NCBI GenBank assembly: GCA_012295275.1
Contig: CM022670.1
Location: forward strand, 35,960,001 to 36,024,000
Source of the DNA: Chrysomallon squamiferum
Taxonomy: Eukaryota > Animalia > Mollusca
Length of the DNA stretch: 64,000 bases
Reading direction: 5' to 3'
Both the position numbers and the translations under genes were made by a program. This document shows positions 39,725 to 54,073 of the stretch, piece by piece; within the stretch, counting starts at the first letter, position 1; each line of letters opens with the position of its first letter. The notes beneath the pieces were generated by a model. It ran no database searches and had not been told where the DNA came from. It was given only the letters and a program-made list of their open reading frames with translations.

Positions 39725-41125
39725 GATTATATTTCTGAAAATAACAATTTAAAAAAAAAGATAATAATTCAGTTAAAACAAACACTTTCTATAATAATAC
39801 TACTACTGTGGTTTAATTATTACTGTCTCAGTATCTGTAACATTATTATTGTTGTTTTCGTTGTTGTTGTTGTTGTTGTTTCGTCAGTGTAATTTCCAGT
39901 TCCAACCTGTGATTAACAGCGTTTATATTAAAAGCCGTGGTTTATATGTTCCAGTGTACGGTGCAGTTTGTATAAAAGAAAAATTCCTGTTGATCGGTAA
40001 AGTTTGATATGTAATGACAGTTAATAATAAAATGTCATTAGTCATGTATTTTATTTTATTTTATAATTTTATTATTACAATTATTATTATTGTTGTTGTT
40101 GTTGTTGTTGTTGTTATCGTTGTTGTTGTTGTTATTATTATTATTATTGTTGTTGTTCTTGCTGTTGTTATTGTTATTGTTGTTATCGTTGTTGTTGTTG
40201 TTGTTATCGTTATCGTTGTTGTTACACTAGTGTGCATTAGGCCTTTAAGAGTTAATTACATGAATTACCGCAATAAAGACTTTAAAATTTTATGAATAAT
40301 TTTATAAACAATTTACCCTTAAAGTCAGAAAGAAACTGCACACAATCTCACACAGCGCACATTTAAACACTGTTTTCTTTTGATAGCATTTAGGCTAATT
40401 TTCAGCAATTTATATTCCGTAGTTACGTACGATTAGTGAAAAGTCAGTAATATTTCGGTAACACTATAATCCGTTGAACTCTTGATAAGCTTACTTAGCT
40501 TCTAAATTCACGTGTAAGAATTACTTTTAACTAAACGTTAGCTGTGGTTAGAATTAATCTACACATACACGTAAATAAACAAAGAAAGAAAAGAAAAACG
40601 AACGATATTAATGTTGTATTAAAGTGAATGTTTCACCATTTTGAATTTCCTGTTTTCAGTTTAGCTAAATAAATTACCCATCTGTATTAATAACAATGTA
40701 ACGTGAAAGTGTAAAAATATTTAACATATTTATTCTACATTTTTCGAAATGGTGTTTACATTTAAAATTTTGAAATCATCTTTTGATACTGGTAGACCAC
40801 ACCAGTAAAAACATCGCAGACACAACCATACGGAAACTGAAAATTTATATTAAAATATAATTTTTACATAAAACCTGATTAACCAAACGATTCACAACTT
40901 TGCTAATTTATATATAGATGATGAATACATACTGGTAAGAATTAGTGAAGGATTGGCAAAAATGGTTGAATCATTTATCACATCTTATGTATTTTTACAT
41001 TATTATTTTGGGGTACCGTTTTCATTTTACGCTCATATTATATTTTATTATCAGCAAAGTGTTGTTTCTTAAATACAACTATCAGCTGAATGGATGTTCT
41101 AATGTATATTTTTTTAATATATATA

Positions 41126-41161
<36 letters not shown>

Positions 41162-42456
41162 TGTATGTATATATGCATGTATTAAATTCATATATCATTT
41201 AATTCTGATCGTAGTTGTCGATTTTTAGTATGCAAAACAGATGTTGTTTTGTTGTTTTAATTGTAATGATTCAGTTTTGCTTTCGCATTTATAATCTTAT
41301 TATATTATGCATATTTAACTGAACGTCTTAAAGAATAGGAAAAAAACTACAGTGGGAATTTAGTGTAGAAATAAAAACGATTAGAACACAAACAGTGAAA
41401 ACTAACAAAACTTACTGTCCAAACGATATCCTTATGCTGCCAAATTTTTGTGGAGAAATAACAAGTGCTGTATGAGTGGGTATGCAATACAGTCGGTGAC
41501 TTACTGACGTTATGTAACTTGGATAGTATGTCTCGATTGCATTGGACAAGTTTTCCAGGCTTGTTGCCGTGCAATTCCTTAAAATGACAGGTGTTGGTTA
41601 CGGCCTCAATCGATGTTACACAGAAGATTAATTTGTAAGCGGATTTTCTCCAAGTGACGATTAATGTGATTGGCGATTGTTGTGTGTTTGACTGTCAGAA
41701 ACAAGCTGGTCAGACGATCGCACAAGAATGAACGTTGAACTCAAAACAGAAGCGAAATAGAGAAATTACCAAATAATCTTCCTTTCATTTATCTTAGAAT
41801 ATATTTACAGTTTGGTTCGTTTTCAGTCATTCTGACGTAGGAGGCATGAACGACCAAAGGCCAGTAGAAATCTTAAAGAATTTAAAACTTAAAATATGTG
41901 TAACAGATATTAACACAATAACACATCTTTGGTTAACTTACTTTAACCACACATCACTCAGATAATCTATTTATTGTTGAGTGAAATGAATATTCATAAA
42001 TAAACACATTCCTTCTATTAGCTAAATATATTTTTCTCTTCTTTTTTTTTTTTTTGACACTGAATTAAAAACAAAGCGATTTCTGCTGGCCTCAGTGTGT
42101 AGCCAACAAGTGATAAAAAAAAAAACAACCTATTATTTCTTACCATTTGCGCATTTACAATAAACAAATTAGATCATTCAACTTTTAAATGGTAACTTCA
42201 AAAACTGCTTTTAGGATTATTGTATTAACATTTCTTTTTTCCTCCCATAAAAAAATATCTAATTATTTCCCTTCCCAAACTGAATTAGATATCTTCAGTT
42301 TGGGATTATTTTTTATTTTTCAATAAATCATGTATCTGTTTACAATAATTTTCCCAGGTATCTGATTATGCTAGTTTCCTGTTACAGTTTTTGGCCCATC
42401 TAGAAAAACAGATGGATGCTTAATTCACTGTCATTGTTTGGGAACAGATTTAAAAA

Positions 42457-42494
<38 letters not shown>

Positions 42495-42722
42495 ATATTT
42501 TATCATTCTAAATGGCCTACATTTATAAAATATTTTGAGACAAAATAAATCCATTTCACATTTTAGTACATTCACAAATAAGATCAAAATGAATCCCTTG
42601 CCACACACAAATAAAATCATTTCATTAGTTACACAAACTGAACCTCATTTTACAATTTAAAAAAAAATAAAAAAAAAAAAAATTTAACCTTCATCCCATT
42701 TTGATAAAAATCACTTTAATAA

Positions 42723-45700
42723 TTAGTTAACAGCTTTAGAGTTTTGAACTATTTTTCTCGCAATTGCCATATTGACCGCAGCCTGGATTCCCATTTGAGG
42801 TTTTCTCTCTTGTCCTTCCACAAGATTTTTCACCTGAAAATAATTTTAAAATAAAATTTATTTTGGTATGCAGTTAAAGAGATATATATATTTTTTTTTC
42901 CTTCCATTTGCCATTGTTATACCTGCATTTTCAATCACCAGCTGGACTATGTGAATAATATGAATAATGTTTAATTCAATGAATAACATGAGTATTGTGT
43001 AGCTTGATAAATAGCTCTGTATAACAAGAATATTGTTTAATAAGATGAATAATATGAATATTGTTTAATAAGATGAATAATATGAATATTGTTTAACTAG
43101 ATGAATAATATGAATATTGTTTAACTAGATGAATAATATGAATAATGTTTAATTCAATGAATAATATGAATATTGTGTAGCTTGATAAATAGCATGAACT
43201 CTTCTAAGCTCTGTATAACATGAATATTGTTTAACAATATGGATATGAATATTGCTTAACTACATGAATAACATGAATATTGTTTAACTAGATGAATAAC
43301 ATGAATATTGTTTAACTAGATGAATAACATCAAAATTGTTTAACTAGATGAATAATATGAATATTGTTTAGATGAATAACAAGAATATAGTTTAACTGGA
43401 TGAATAAAAATGAATATTACTCAACTCACTGAACAACATAAATACTGATTAACTTAATAAATAACATTATCGTAAACCAGAGGAGTAAAATGAATATTGA
43501 CTAACTTAATGAATAGTATGAAAATGACTCAGTGAATAATGAATACTGTTGATCTTGATGGATAACATAAATTTTGCTCAACTCAAGGATCAAAATGAAT
43601 ATGACTCAGTGAATAACATGAATATTGTTTAACTTGATGAATAACAAATATTGCTTATGACCTCTATAAACAACATGAATTTTGCTTAACTTAATCAGTC
43701 AGATTTTTTATTACTGCTATATTCATTTTTACATCTTAACACTCATTTCTTAAACATATTTTTCTTACAGAGATTTTTTCTGGTTTATTTTATTCTTTAT
43801 TTTATCATTCATTTATTTGTCATCCTTTATTATAAGGAAAGTCTGGTCATACTGTACAATTAATTAATTTCTTATTTTAAAAATGAAATATATTTAACAA
43901 ACAAATCAAAGAAAAGTTAATTTAAAAGAAATTAATACCTTTAAATAAATTAAAATAAAATAAAATAAAATTTAAAAAAATAAAATATAAAATAAAATAA
44001 ATTAAAACTTGTTTTTTGGTTGTTGTTTTTTTAAATTGGAAAAAAATATAAAATTTAAAAAAAATAAGACCCTGACCTCATTTGACTGAGCTATGACAAT
44101 TCCATTCTTGAGAAGATTTTCTGACATTTGTTCCATCCCTTCGTGAGTGACACCACGACTAGCATCTTCAATGAAAACTGTTCGGAAACCATGCTCCACT
44201 GAATGCAGAGCAGTAAAACCTTAATAAAATAATACAAATAAAAAAGACATCATTTACAAACAATTCAGAGTACACAATGAACACTAACACAAGCAGCATC
44301 ATTATTATCTAAAATGGACTCAAAGAAGAGGGTAATTTCCAGACAGTTGTTCAGAAACCATGCTCTACTGAACACAGAGCTGCAGATATCCATATATTAT
44401 AAAAACAAACAAATCAGAACGCACAATAAACAAGATCAACAGTAACATTAATATCTAAATTTAACTTAAAGGAGGTAATTTTGAAACTGTTACAGACATT
44501 TGTAAAAAAAATACAAAAGTGACAATGTGATTTCATTGCAGTGTGATTATAGAATGCTAGGCACACTAACTCAAAATGAATAAACATTAATTTTTTAAAT
44601 AAAACGTTTACTGACTTACCAACACATACATCATAAGCCAAGCCACAAACATACACATCAGTGACATGATGCTTTGAAAGCAGTTTCACTAACTCTGTTT
44701 TTTGTAATTTGCAGTTGTCCCAGAATGCTGAGTAACTGTCAACTTCAGGGTTAGTGCCTTTATTTACTATGTGAGCTCTGTCTGTGATCTTAAAAATACA
44801 AAATAATCAGGAGAAATGTACTAACAATAATTTTAATATAAATTTCACAAACATAATTTCAGATTTCCATGTATTAAATGAAATTTATTTGAATGATTAT
44901 CATTCTTATTTATTAACTGAATTTTCTACCTGTCAGATGACATTTACAGGCATTAACTGAAATTATGCTACATCTCTAAAGATTTTTAATATAAACTTAC
45001 AACAAAGTACCAGCAACGACATTGAGTTTCGTTCTATTTGTATGACGGAATCAAGTCTGATCAAGCATTTTGTGTCCTGTGTTAAAAGAAAGGCCACTCT
45101 GATCTATTTTTAATAACCCTTTCCTTGCTATAAGCAGATATATCCACACAAAATGTTATTACTGTTGGCTATGGAAAGCAGATTTACCCAACAGCCTTAA
45201 AAAACTGTTCATTAAGCTGTAATAAATGAACACACCCACTGTCAGCTCAATATGTGCTGCCATCTGTGAGGCATTAGAGCAAATACTGGTCTTGTTGATT
45301 TTGCTGAGAGCTACTTTTAATTACTATAATCATTTTAACTTAAATCAAACATAAACCCATTAATGATGATAATAAAGAAAATAATAATAATAATAATTAT
45401 AATTATTGTTGTTGGTGTTGTTGGTGTTGTTGGTGTTGGTGTTGGTGTTGTTGTTGTTGTTGTTGTTGCTGTTGCTGTTGCTGTTGTTGTTGTTGTTGTT
45501 TGTGGTGGTGGTGGTGTTGTTGTTGTTGTTGTTGTTGTTGTTTGTTGTTGGTGGTGGTGTTATTGTTGTTGCTGTTGTTGTCACCATCATCATGATCATC
45601 ATAAAAGAATGATAGTTTTTAAGTGGTTTGCTGCTATGTAATTGTATAATCAAACATATAGCTTGAATATAAATAATGCCTAAACTGATGAAATCTGATC

Positions 45701-48700
45701 TTAATACTTTCGTTCTTAATGTGTAAGAACAGTGTGCCGAGGTACACGTATGTTTAAATTATTACTTCAAGATCAGGGTGTAGTTCTGCTCCTGCAGAAT
45801 TCTGAACACAGTGAGTTGGCCACAATCTCTGTTCGGTAAGAGGAGGTCCTTTAAACACCACAGTATCTCCAATGTTAAAACCATTACTGGATACCTGAAA
45901 AGCAAAAAAGATATATACCGTATATACTTGTGTTATTATGGTATGTTCGTGCAAGTTACAGCTCGTGCAAGTTATGTTATAGTAGGTGTATAATGTAGGC
46001 CTTCGTGGCACTGTCACACTGGTCTAAAGATAGTGACAGTGCCTGGAATCTACAGTCGACTTATACACAAGTAATACCTTAAATGACGCAATTTTTGGTC
46101 TTAAAATACACATTGACTTATACATAAGGTCGCCTTGTACACAAGTATATATGGTATATATAAAAAGAAGATAATAGAAAAAAGTTCTCTTTTTGTCAGT
46201 GAGTAAAATATATTTCTATTTAAGTATATTATGTGCATGATAAAATGCAATCAAATAATGCCATATGTGATAAATTTAAACTATCATTCGGGGTTTGTTT
46301 ACTTTCTGTTTGATTGAACAGAAGATTGTACAAAGTTGTTGAAAAGAAATCAGAGATAATATTTGATAATGCAGAAATTCATGGTTTTGAATTAAATTAA
46401 TTTTAGTATAAATAATTTAATTTTACTGGAATATACATACATGTATATTATCATCAGTATCAAAAAGTTCTTAATATTAAAATATATCTTTATGCTAGAC
46501 AATCCAGTATATATAAAAATAAAATTTGTATTTAATATTACTCACAATACAACATTAACAATCTAAAAGAGTTGTAGAGATAATTTATAATTAGTTATAT
46601 ATTAACTGCATTAATCTTAAAATTTAAATGGCTTTTTCATTTGTTCTAACTATAACAAAGTAGTTGCTTGGGTGTTCTTTTTTCAACACATGATTATTAA
46701 CAACTGACAAAAAGTAATAAATATTCAGAAATAATGTTAATCTAATTCAAGCATAACATTTAAGTAAATGTGAGGTGAAATATTTTGAGGAATTAACATA
46801 TGTAAATAATAAATCTCAAAATAGTCCATTAAATATTAATACCAAACATTAAATTTACTTTCTATTTCCAATAACTACAGATAAAATGAACGAGAAGCAT
46901 GTTGGTCTACCATGTTGCTTAATTATTAACTGAATTTTGTGCTAAGGTAAACATATAGTTTAATTTTTTTTTTTCATCAGTTTAAAATTAACTTCCACAA
47001 ACCTTTGACGTTTGGTCTAGTAGTCTTAAATTTACATTTTCTATAAATGAAATATGGTTACTTCCACAAACCTTTGACGTTTGGTCTAGTGGTCTTAAAT
47101 TTACATTTTCTATAAATGAAATATGGTTCTGAGGATGCCAGTCCTTTGAATAAACCACCACATCAAATGGAATTTCTTCCAGCATTTTGTTAATGACTGG
47201 AACCACGTCATAACCATCATGCCCTGCTGGGTAATCTTTAAGAGCAAGACTTCCACTAATGAAGTCGTTTTGAACGTCCACTATCAGCAGAGCTGTGATG
47301 GGATTCAGAACCTGAGGAACAGATAAATGTGCTCAAAACTGAAATCATAAATCAAACTAAATCTATACCAAATCAACAACAATACACAAAATACATTTCT
47401 GAATAAAAACACAAGTTAAATGTATGCATGAAAAGAGAAAGGCAGAAGAAGGAAGAATGAAAAGCAACAGTACCTGATCTACTGACATGGTTAAAAATTC
47501 TCTGGACTGAATTATGTGGAAATATAAAAATTAAATACTAATTTTGATGACAGCCAGACAATCAATAAAAAGATCAGAACAAGATATATTAAGAAAATCT
47601 ACATTAAATTTGTATTTTACTTGTAAATTTATAGACCATTTCATTACAGTCATTGTGTTATTTATTGTACAGTATCTACTACAGTTTAAAAAAAAAAATA
47701 AACATTATTCAATAACAAATGGTCTTTTTCACATGACAATCAGCTAGGACAATTATTATAAAAAAGATTATCCATAAAAAATAAAATAAATTATCACCAT
47801 ATGATCCACTACTAGGAGGCAACCATTTTACAATAGGGCCTTTTTTCCTGTTATAATACAAGTCAGTTTAAAACTAAGAATACAAAGATAAAGTAAAACC
47901 ATACATATTTCAGCCAGTACTTCCATGACTTGCTGAATTCTGAACTGCTCAGTTTGCTATCCTGAAAAAGAGTTTTAAAAAATTAATAAATAAACAATAA
48001 AAAAAAAACAATTCATATTGTACTAAAATAAAATAACTTATTATGAAAAATCAGGCTATTAATGTTTAATTTTTGATGACAAAAACTTAGAAACTTTGAC
48101 TGAGTTATGGAGGGAAAATATCTTTATTTGCTTGTATATAAAGAATCAGTTATGGAAAGTGAAAAGCAGATAACTTAGAAACAAAAGACTGGCATAAAAC
48201 GGTTATTTTTTAATTTTAACATTAATTATGTGTGGTTATGGGTGTATTTATTTATTGGTATTAATAGGTACTGAATATGGTCTGTCCTAAGAAATTATTA
48301 TTTGTCTTTCAGTATTGTTCTCAACAAGGTTAAAATTATCTGCCTGTTTACACTGGTCTAGCTTTGTAATGAGAGCAACCTTTGATAAGAAAATAAAAGG
48401 AAAAAATAATTTCAAGAGTATTTGTATGGGGCAGGCAGTTTTACAGTTAAAATGTAAATTACTAAATGAGAATGCTGTTCTTTAAAAATGTATTACAAAT
48501 TCCATGCTAGTACCATTTAATTGAGTTTCAGGTACAGAATTTGATAGAAGATACAATTCCATGTCTCTATAAGTTACAAAATATTAAACTGTGTGACAGA
48601 ATAAGTTGCTCTGACCATTCTATTAAAAGTATAATCGATAAAATATGTTTTGCCAAATAAAAAAATGTTATAAAATCAAATACTGGATAATCAGCTATTC

Positions 48701-49850
48701 AGTGTTATTTGGCGGTAAAGGCCAATTTCATTAAGTTAAAATTTAATAATAAATAATAATACATCTCTTTTAGCATCAGTTACCAAATTATATGCTTTTA
48801 AGTACAAAATGGTGTTATTTATCAAATTAATAAAATAAATAAAATTGTAACACATTTTTCTTTTTTTTAAATATTAAAAAATATAATAATAATAAAAAAA
48901 TGGTTTTAAAATGAACCTGGTCTTCATCAAGCTGTTTCAAAATAGCTTCTGTTGTTTCATAGCAAATGTTGTTTGTGTTACCAAATACATCTTGAAGGAA
49001 CACATGGAATTCTTGTATATCAAGGAAACCATCTCTAAAAGGTAAAAGAAAGACTTTTTAACAATTTTAAAGATTGAGGAATGCTACAGTTTTTATTCTT
49101 CTCCTATTTTTTTTTTTTTTTTTATAATTTATTAAAAGGTTATACAAATTTTGGCAGACATTATTGTAAATTATTCAATTTATATCAGTAAATTTACTTG
49201 TTTGTTTTGTTAGTGAAAACTTTTCAAAAATTAAAAAAAATGTATATATAGTGATAAATGCTACTTCTGGTATGTTTTGAAGGAGTTTGGAGATGTTAGG
49301 AGGGTTAAGGTTTTTTGTTGGTTTAATAAATATTACTTCATTTCAAATGATAGGAAAACATGTCTAAATAATTTCATTTTATCATCAGTATCAAATACTG
49401 TTACCTCAATACAAAGCAATAACAATAATATAGCGACTGGCAGTAATAACATAATAGTATTTTTTTTACACGTGTGTGTGTGTGTGTGTGTGTGTCCGCG
49501 GGCGCGTTAAGAAATGGAAGAATACAAGTTTCTTCATGTTTAGATTTTTAGTTACGCTTAATTTTGTACTCCAATACAGCGATTTTTTTTTTCGCTTTAT
49601 AACTTATTACGCATATTGTGGCAGTGCCTGTACATATTAAAATTATTATGTGTCTTCACTATTATGCGGTTTGTGTACTGTATTAACTATTATCTGTACA
49701 CGATAACACTATTACTTATTAGTATTATTAATACTATTAACAGTCGAATTAATTGAACCACCTGTTTTTATCGTAATGAAGAAAACAATTATCTATAACA
49801 TTTCTATCAAAACTAAACTTTCTTTTTATAAATTTATCTATATAATTCAT
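42723..49850 (-). CDS. Naam: Nicotinamidase (pyrazinamidase/nicotinamidase, isochorismatase family) with N-terminal EF-hand pair (~351 aa, 8 exons)
   Basis: Exons 49850-49762, 49034-48917, 47961-47905, 47311-47072, 45894-45766, 44788-44620, 44219-44077, 42833-42723 (TAA); total 1056 nt. Motifs ALLIVDVQNDFISGSL, DWHPQNHISF, LWPTHCVQNSAGAELHPDL, KGTNPEVDSYSAFWDN, VYVCGLAYDVCVGFTA (Asp/Lys/Cys triad and metal ligands intact). EF loops DKNRDGFLDIQE and DEDQDSKLSSSE. Confidence 0.95.
42950..43690. repeat. Minisatellite, ~28 bp unit (ATGAATAATATGAATATTGTTTAACTAG)
   Basis: About 20 or more degenerate tandem copies in the last nicotinamidase intron. Confidence 0.9.
45918..46154. mobile_element. Tc1/mariner (Tc2/pogo-like) MITE
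   Basis: TIRs CCGTATATACTTGTGT and reverse complement CCATATATACTTGTGT, TA flanks, internal GACTTATAC repeats. Sits about 24 nt from a nicotinamidase exon start. Confidence 0.7.
46991..47128. repeat. 69-bp tandem duplication across a nicotinamidase exon/intron junction
   Basis: 46991-47059 and 47060-47128 differ at one base. Confidence 0.95.
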
Positions 49851-49855
49851 AACGA

Positions 49856-50283
49856 TTATTTCTTTTTTATATTTAAATGCACTTGATTTACGATTAAAAT
49901 ATGTTAATCTTTTGTTGGCAACAAAATTATTTTCATCACGTGATCTCTGTCCCTACACAAGTCTCGATTTTCAGACCCTGCTGTTGTTTCTATTTGTATT
50001 AGAGGGTTTTGCAGTGAGAACTGCGAAGCGAAAGTAGAAATCTTTACGTTCCATTTAATTCTTCAAATTTTTACAGTAAAAATATATATATGATTATTAA
50101 TTATTATCATGTAGTACATCAACATTTTGTTTCTAGTAAGAATAAATGCATGGTGTTAAAGGAGTTATGACTGTGTGACTTTGAAAGCAGGAATTCTGAA
50201 TATTTAACTAATATATATCTTTTTCTATTTAAACCCATCTTATAAGTATACTTTTTTTGGTTGATACTTTATTATTTCCAAAA
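49856..50283. repeat. Left copy of a long direct repeat; overlaps the nicotinamidase 5' region and the shared promoter
   Basis: Colinear with 62058-62525 (e.g. TTTTCATCACGTGATCTCTGTC, GAACTGCGAAGCGAAAGTAGAAATCTTTACGTTCCATTTAATTCTTCAAAT). Contains the E-box TCACGTGA. Confidence 0.9.
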
Positions 50284-51824
50284 TTTCTTTACATATGTCT
50301 ACTTTGTAATCAGAATAAAACTACACAGGGAATCATCTCCCGGAGCCCATCACTGGCGATGTAAGAGACTGTATCCGAAACTATTTCTTAATGTGGGCAC
50401 GTACAAAGAGTTCGCATACCCATACACACAGAGAGGAAATTACAACAGAAGTTAAACATTTCTAAGAACTTTCACAATGTGAAAATAGAAAAAATTTCCT
50501 TGAAATAAAAGTAATAGTTTGAAAAATATTTTCGATTTGTATTGATATTTCCAAAAATATTTCAGACTAAGGTTTATAATATTTTAAAGATATGTTAAAC
50601 AAACATATGGTTTATTGTTGACATATGATAAATGATATTATGTTTATTATAAATTTGGTTCTTTAGTATAGTTACAAGAAGCAGTGTGCACAATAGTTTA
50701 ATTTACATATAATGTCAAGATTAAATATCTATAATTATATACATATATTATTCCTTTTAATTCTTTCGCAAAATTAAAAATATATGGCATTAATTAACAT
50801 TTCTGTTAAAAATTATATGTAGGCTGGTATGTGCACTTGTACATTGAGTAATGGCAATCTCTACACAAGAATAAATAAATAGAAGTTATCAAGAATTATA
50901 TATAAAATAATCAGTTAATAATCATAATACTAATATTGATTTGATATACGAGCAAACTGAGTTACTAGTTCGGTCACGGAAAGAATTAAACTCGTAAGTC
51001 GTCACCACTGCACACACGCACACGCACACACACACACACACACATATTAAATTTCTTTTTCTGCTAATTCAAAGAAAGTAGCTCTGTAAGTATGATGACA
51101 ACAGCTTTCTCATTTTATCCAGCCTTCTATTTTTACAGTCATTACAGACCATTACAGATTATTACTGAACATTTTTATTTTTAAATTTTTAAATTTTAGA
51201 TATTCCATGACAGATCGTAGGTTTGAATTGTTCTCTTTTGCAGGGCTGCCAAAAGTTATCTAGATAGACAGGTCTTTGTATTTCTTTACATTATTCCTTT
51301 GTTACATTCATTATTGTTTCCCACATCATTATTGCTTTTTAGTTTAATTTCATTTAAAATATATCAGCTTTACTATTGTTTGTTTTCTTTATATAAAACC
51401 ATAAGCTTCGTAGAATGTTATAGTTTTGTATCTATTATAATACAAAATAATTTTTTTGGTTTCATACTAGATTTAATAACATTCTTTTTAACTTCCACAT
51501 GTGAGTGATATCTAGACAGGGATGAAAATCACAGTTTCTCTCCATATTTAATTTATTTGTGTAATTATTTCTTTATATAATTCTGTGTATGATATGATGT
51601 CATGAACAATAATAAACTATCGGCTTGCATTTTCAAGAGCTTCTAATTTTGTTGATAAACTTTATTATGTGCAAAGATTCATCTGAGTAAAAAATTAAAA
51701 ATACAAAAAACAAAAATCAGTCATTTGGAAGAATACAAACTATATGAAGTTTATATATATATGTATATATATAATACCTCTGATTTTAAAAAATAGTTTC
51801 TTGTATTTCCATTGTAGAATTAAT

Positions 51825-52969
51825 ATGGCTGTGTCCAAACAAAGATGTGTGATTCTGAGTGAAGAGCTTGAACAGGAGCTTACTTGCACTGTGTGTTTTG
51901 AATTCTTTGAAAACCCTGTACTTCTACCTTGTAGTCACAGCTTCTGCAAAAAGTGTATTGATGTAAGATTTTAGCTTTTTTTAAGTATGTGTGTCTGTCT
52001 GTCAGTGTATGTGTATACATGTACATGGATGAAAATCACTGGGACCTCTAAAGATTCAGTGAAAAATTATTTCTTTTACTTTAATTTTATCTTTTTCATT
52101 TTGAAACCCAAACAGTCTATTAAATCTCAATGTGTCTGTGGTTGTACATGTGAGTGTAGCATCTACAACATGCACAGATACACAGCTTAGTTAACACGGC
52201 TTTTCTATGATTTATTTTTTGTATGTGAACATTAATGTATTGGTAGATAAGAGAATGAAATAAGAAAAAGAAGTTATTTAAAATGTTCAAGTTTAGTTCA
52301 AACCAAAAACAAGATGTAACTTTCAGCTGTTTATTTTATTATTCCTAGAGTGTTATAGAAAACTGTTCATCTCCTGTTCACTCATTTGACTGTCCATTGT
52401 GCAGAAAATTTATTAAAGTGAAAAGTCAGACAAAGGCTGATGACTTCCCCAAAAATCTTGCTCTGGGGAATCTTGTTAAGCTTCACACTGAAAAAGATGA
52501 CATGTTTCCAGATGAACTCTTCAAAGCTGACCTTCCGGATCTTGTTATTGACCGAAGTTGCCCAGAACATGGGAAACCCATGAGTATCTATTGCTATACA
52601 TGTGCTCATGCAGTGTGTGAAGAATGTTTGAAGGTGCAGCCTTGTTCAAAACACAAATCAAAAAAACTACAAGACTACTGCTCAATTCTGTTGGTGAGTT
52701 TTGATTAACCAGATTTAAAAAAATTAATGTATATATATAATATATATTGTTTTTGTGAGTTTATAAATAGTATTTCAGTATTTTTAGGTGTACTAGCAAC
52801 AAATGAGTTATTATATACTGAACCAGTAGTGTGATTTGTGAAACTTATTGAAGAATGTTTCAAACAGCTATTTATGTTCTTTAAGCAAACAGTACATACT
52901 ATTCCATTATTCATCAAAATAGCATTTAAAAAAAACAATAATAATAATAATAATAACAAAAAAAAAAAA

Positions 52970-53001
<32 letters not shown>

Positions 53002-53294
53002 AAAAAAGCACACACATTGCATCTGAGGAAAACATGAAAATAAATGTTAAGTCTTTACTTATAGCAGTGACAGAACCGAGTTACAACTGAATATCCAGAG
53101 TACTGTATCACATTATTATGATCTGGAGTCATATCTGCTTTAATCGAAATTCAGATTTGTACTGTTAAAATGACAATGATCACCGTGAAGATGTTAAGTG
53201 AAATTATTTATGTAATAAGGGTAATGTGTTAATGTGTTCTGAATGGGTAGGCTGGAAAAAGCATGCATCCAAACACAAATTCACACACACACAT

Positions 53295-53358
<64 letters not shown>

Positions 53359-54017
53359 TTAATATTATTATTATTATTGTTATTAATATTATTATATTAA
53401 TGATTTCAGAAACATATAATCACTGACATCCCTAAATTAAAAGATCTGTGTCATCGTCTGGAAGAAAATAATGGCATGCTGAATGTGTTTCTAAGTGATT
53501 TGGATGTAAGATGTTAATTTTTATTTTTTTTTTTTTTTACCGACTGAATAAATTGTTAATGTACAAGAGCACTGAAACAGTTATAATATTTTATTAATAG
53601 TAAAAATAGATCTCCCTCAATCACACTTTTATTTTAATACAGAGAACTAATTTCTTGTAACTTTTAACATTAAAATTATGTGTGTGTGTAAAATGGAAAT
53701 GTATAGAAAGATGGAAAGAAAGAAAAATAGATGGTAATTTTTCTTTTTCAGAAACATGAAGAACATCTGCAGGCTACTGTGAAATCTGAATTTGAAGCGC
53801 TTGTTACAGAGCTTAACAAGAAATGTGATCAAATGTCATCAGTAATCAAAATGAAATATGCAAGTCAAAGGCTTCATTGGAAAGAACAAAAAAAACGTTA
53901 CACACTCACTGTTTCAGAAATGAGAGATGTCACTGATGCTGTCAGAATGGCAATTAAAGAAGAAAAAGCAAGCTGTGTGTTAATGGTAGAAATCAATAAT
54001 ACTGCTTATGCAAGAAC

Positions 54018-54073
<56 letters not shown>

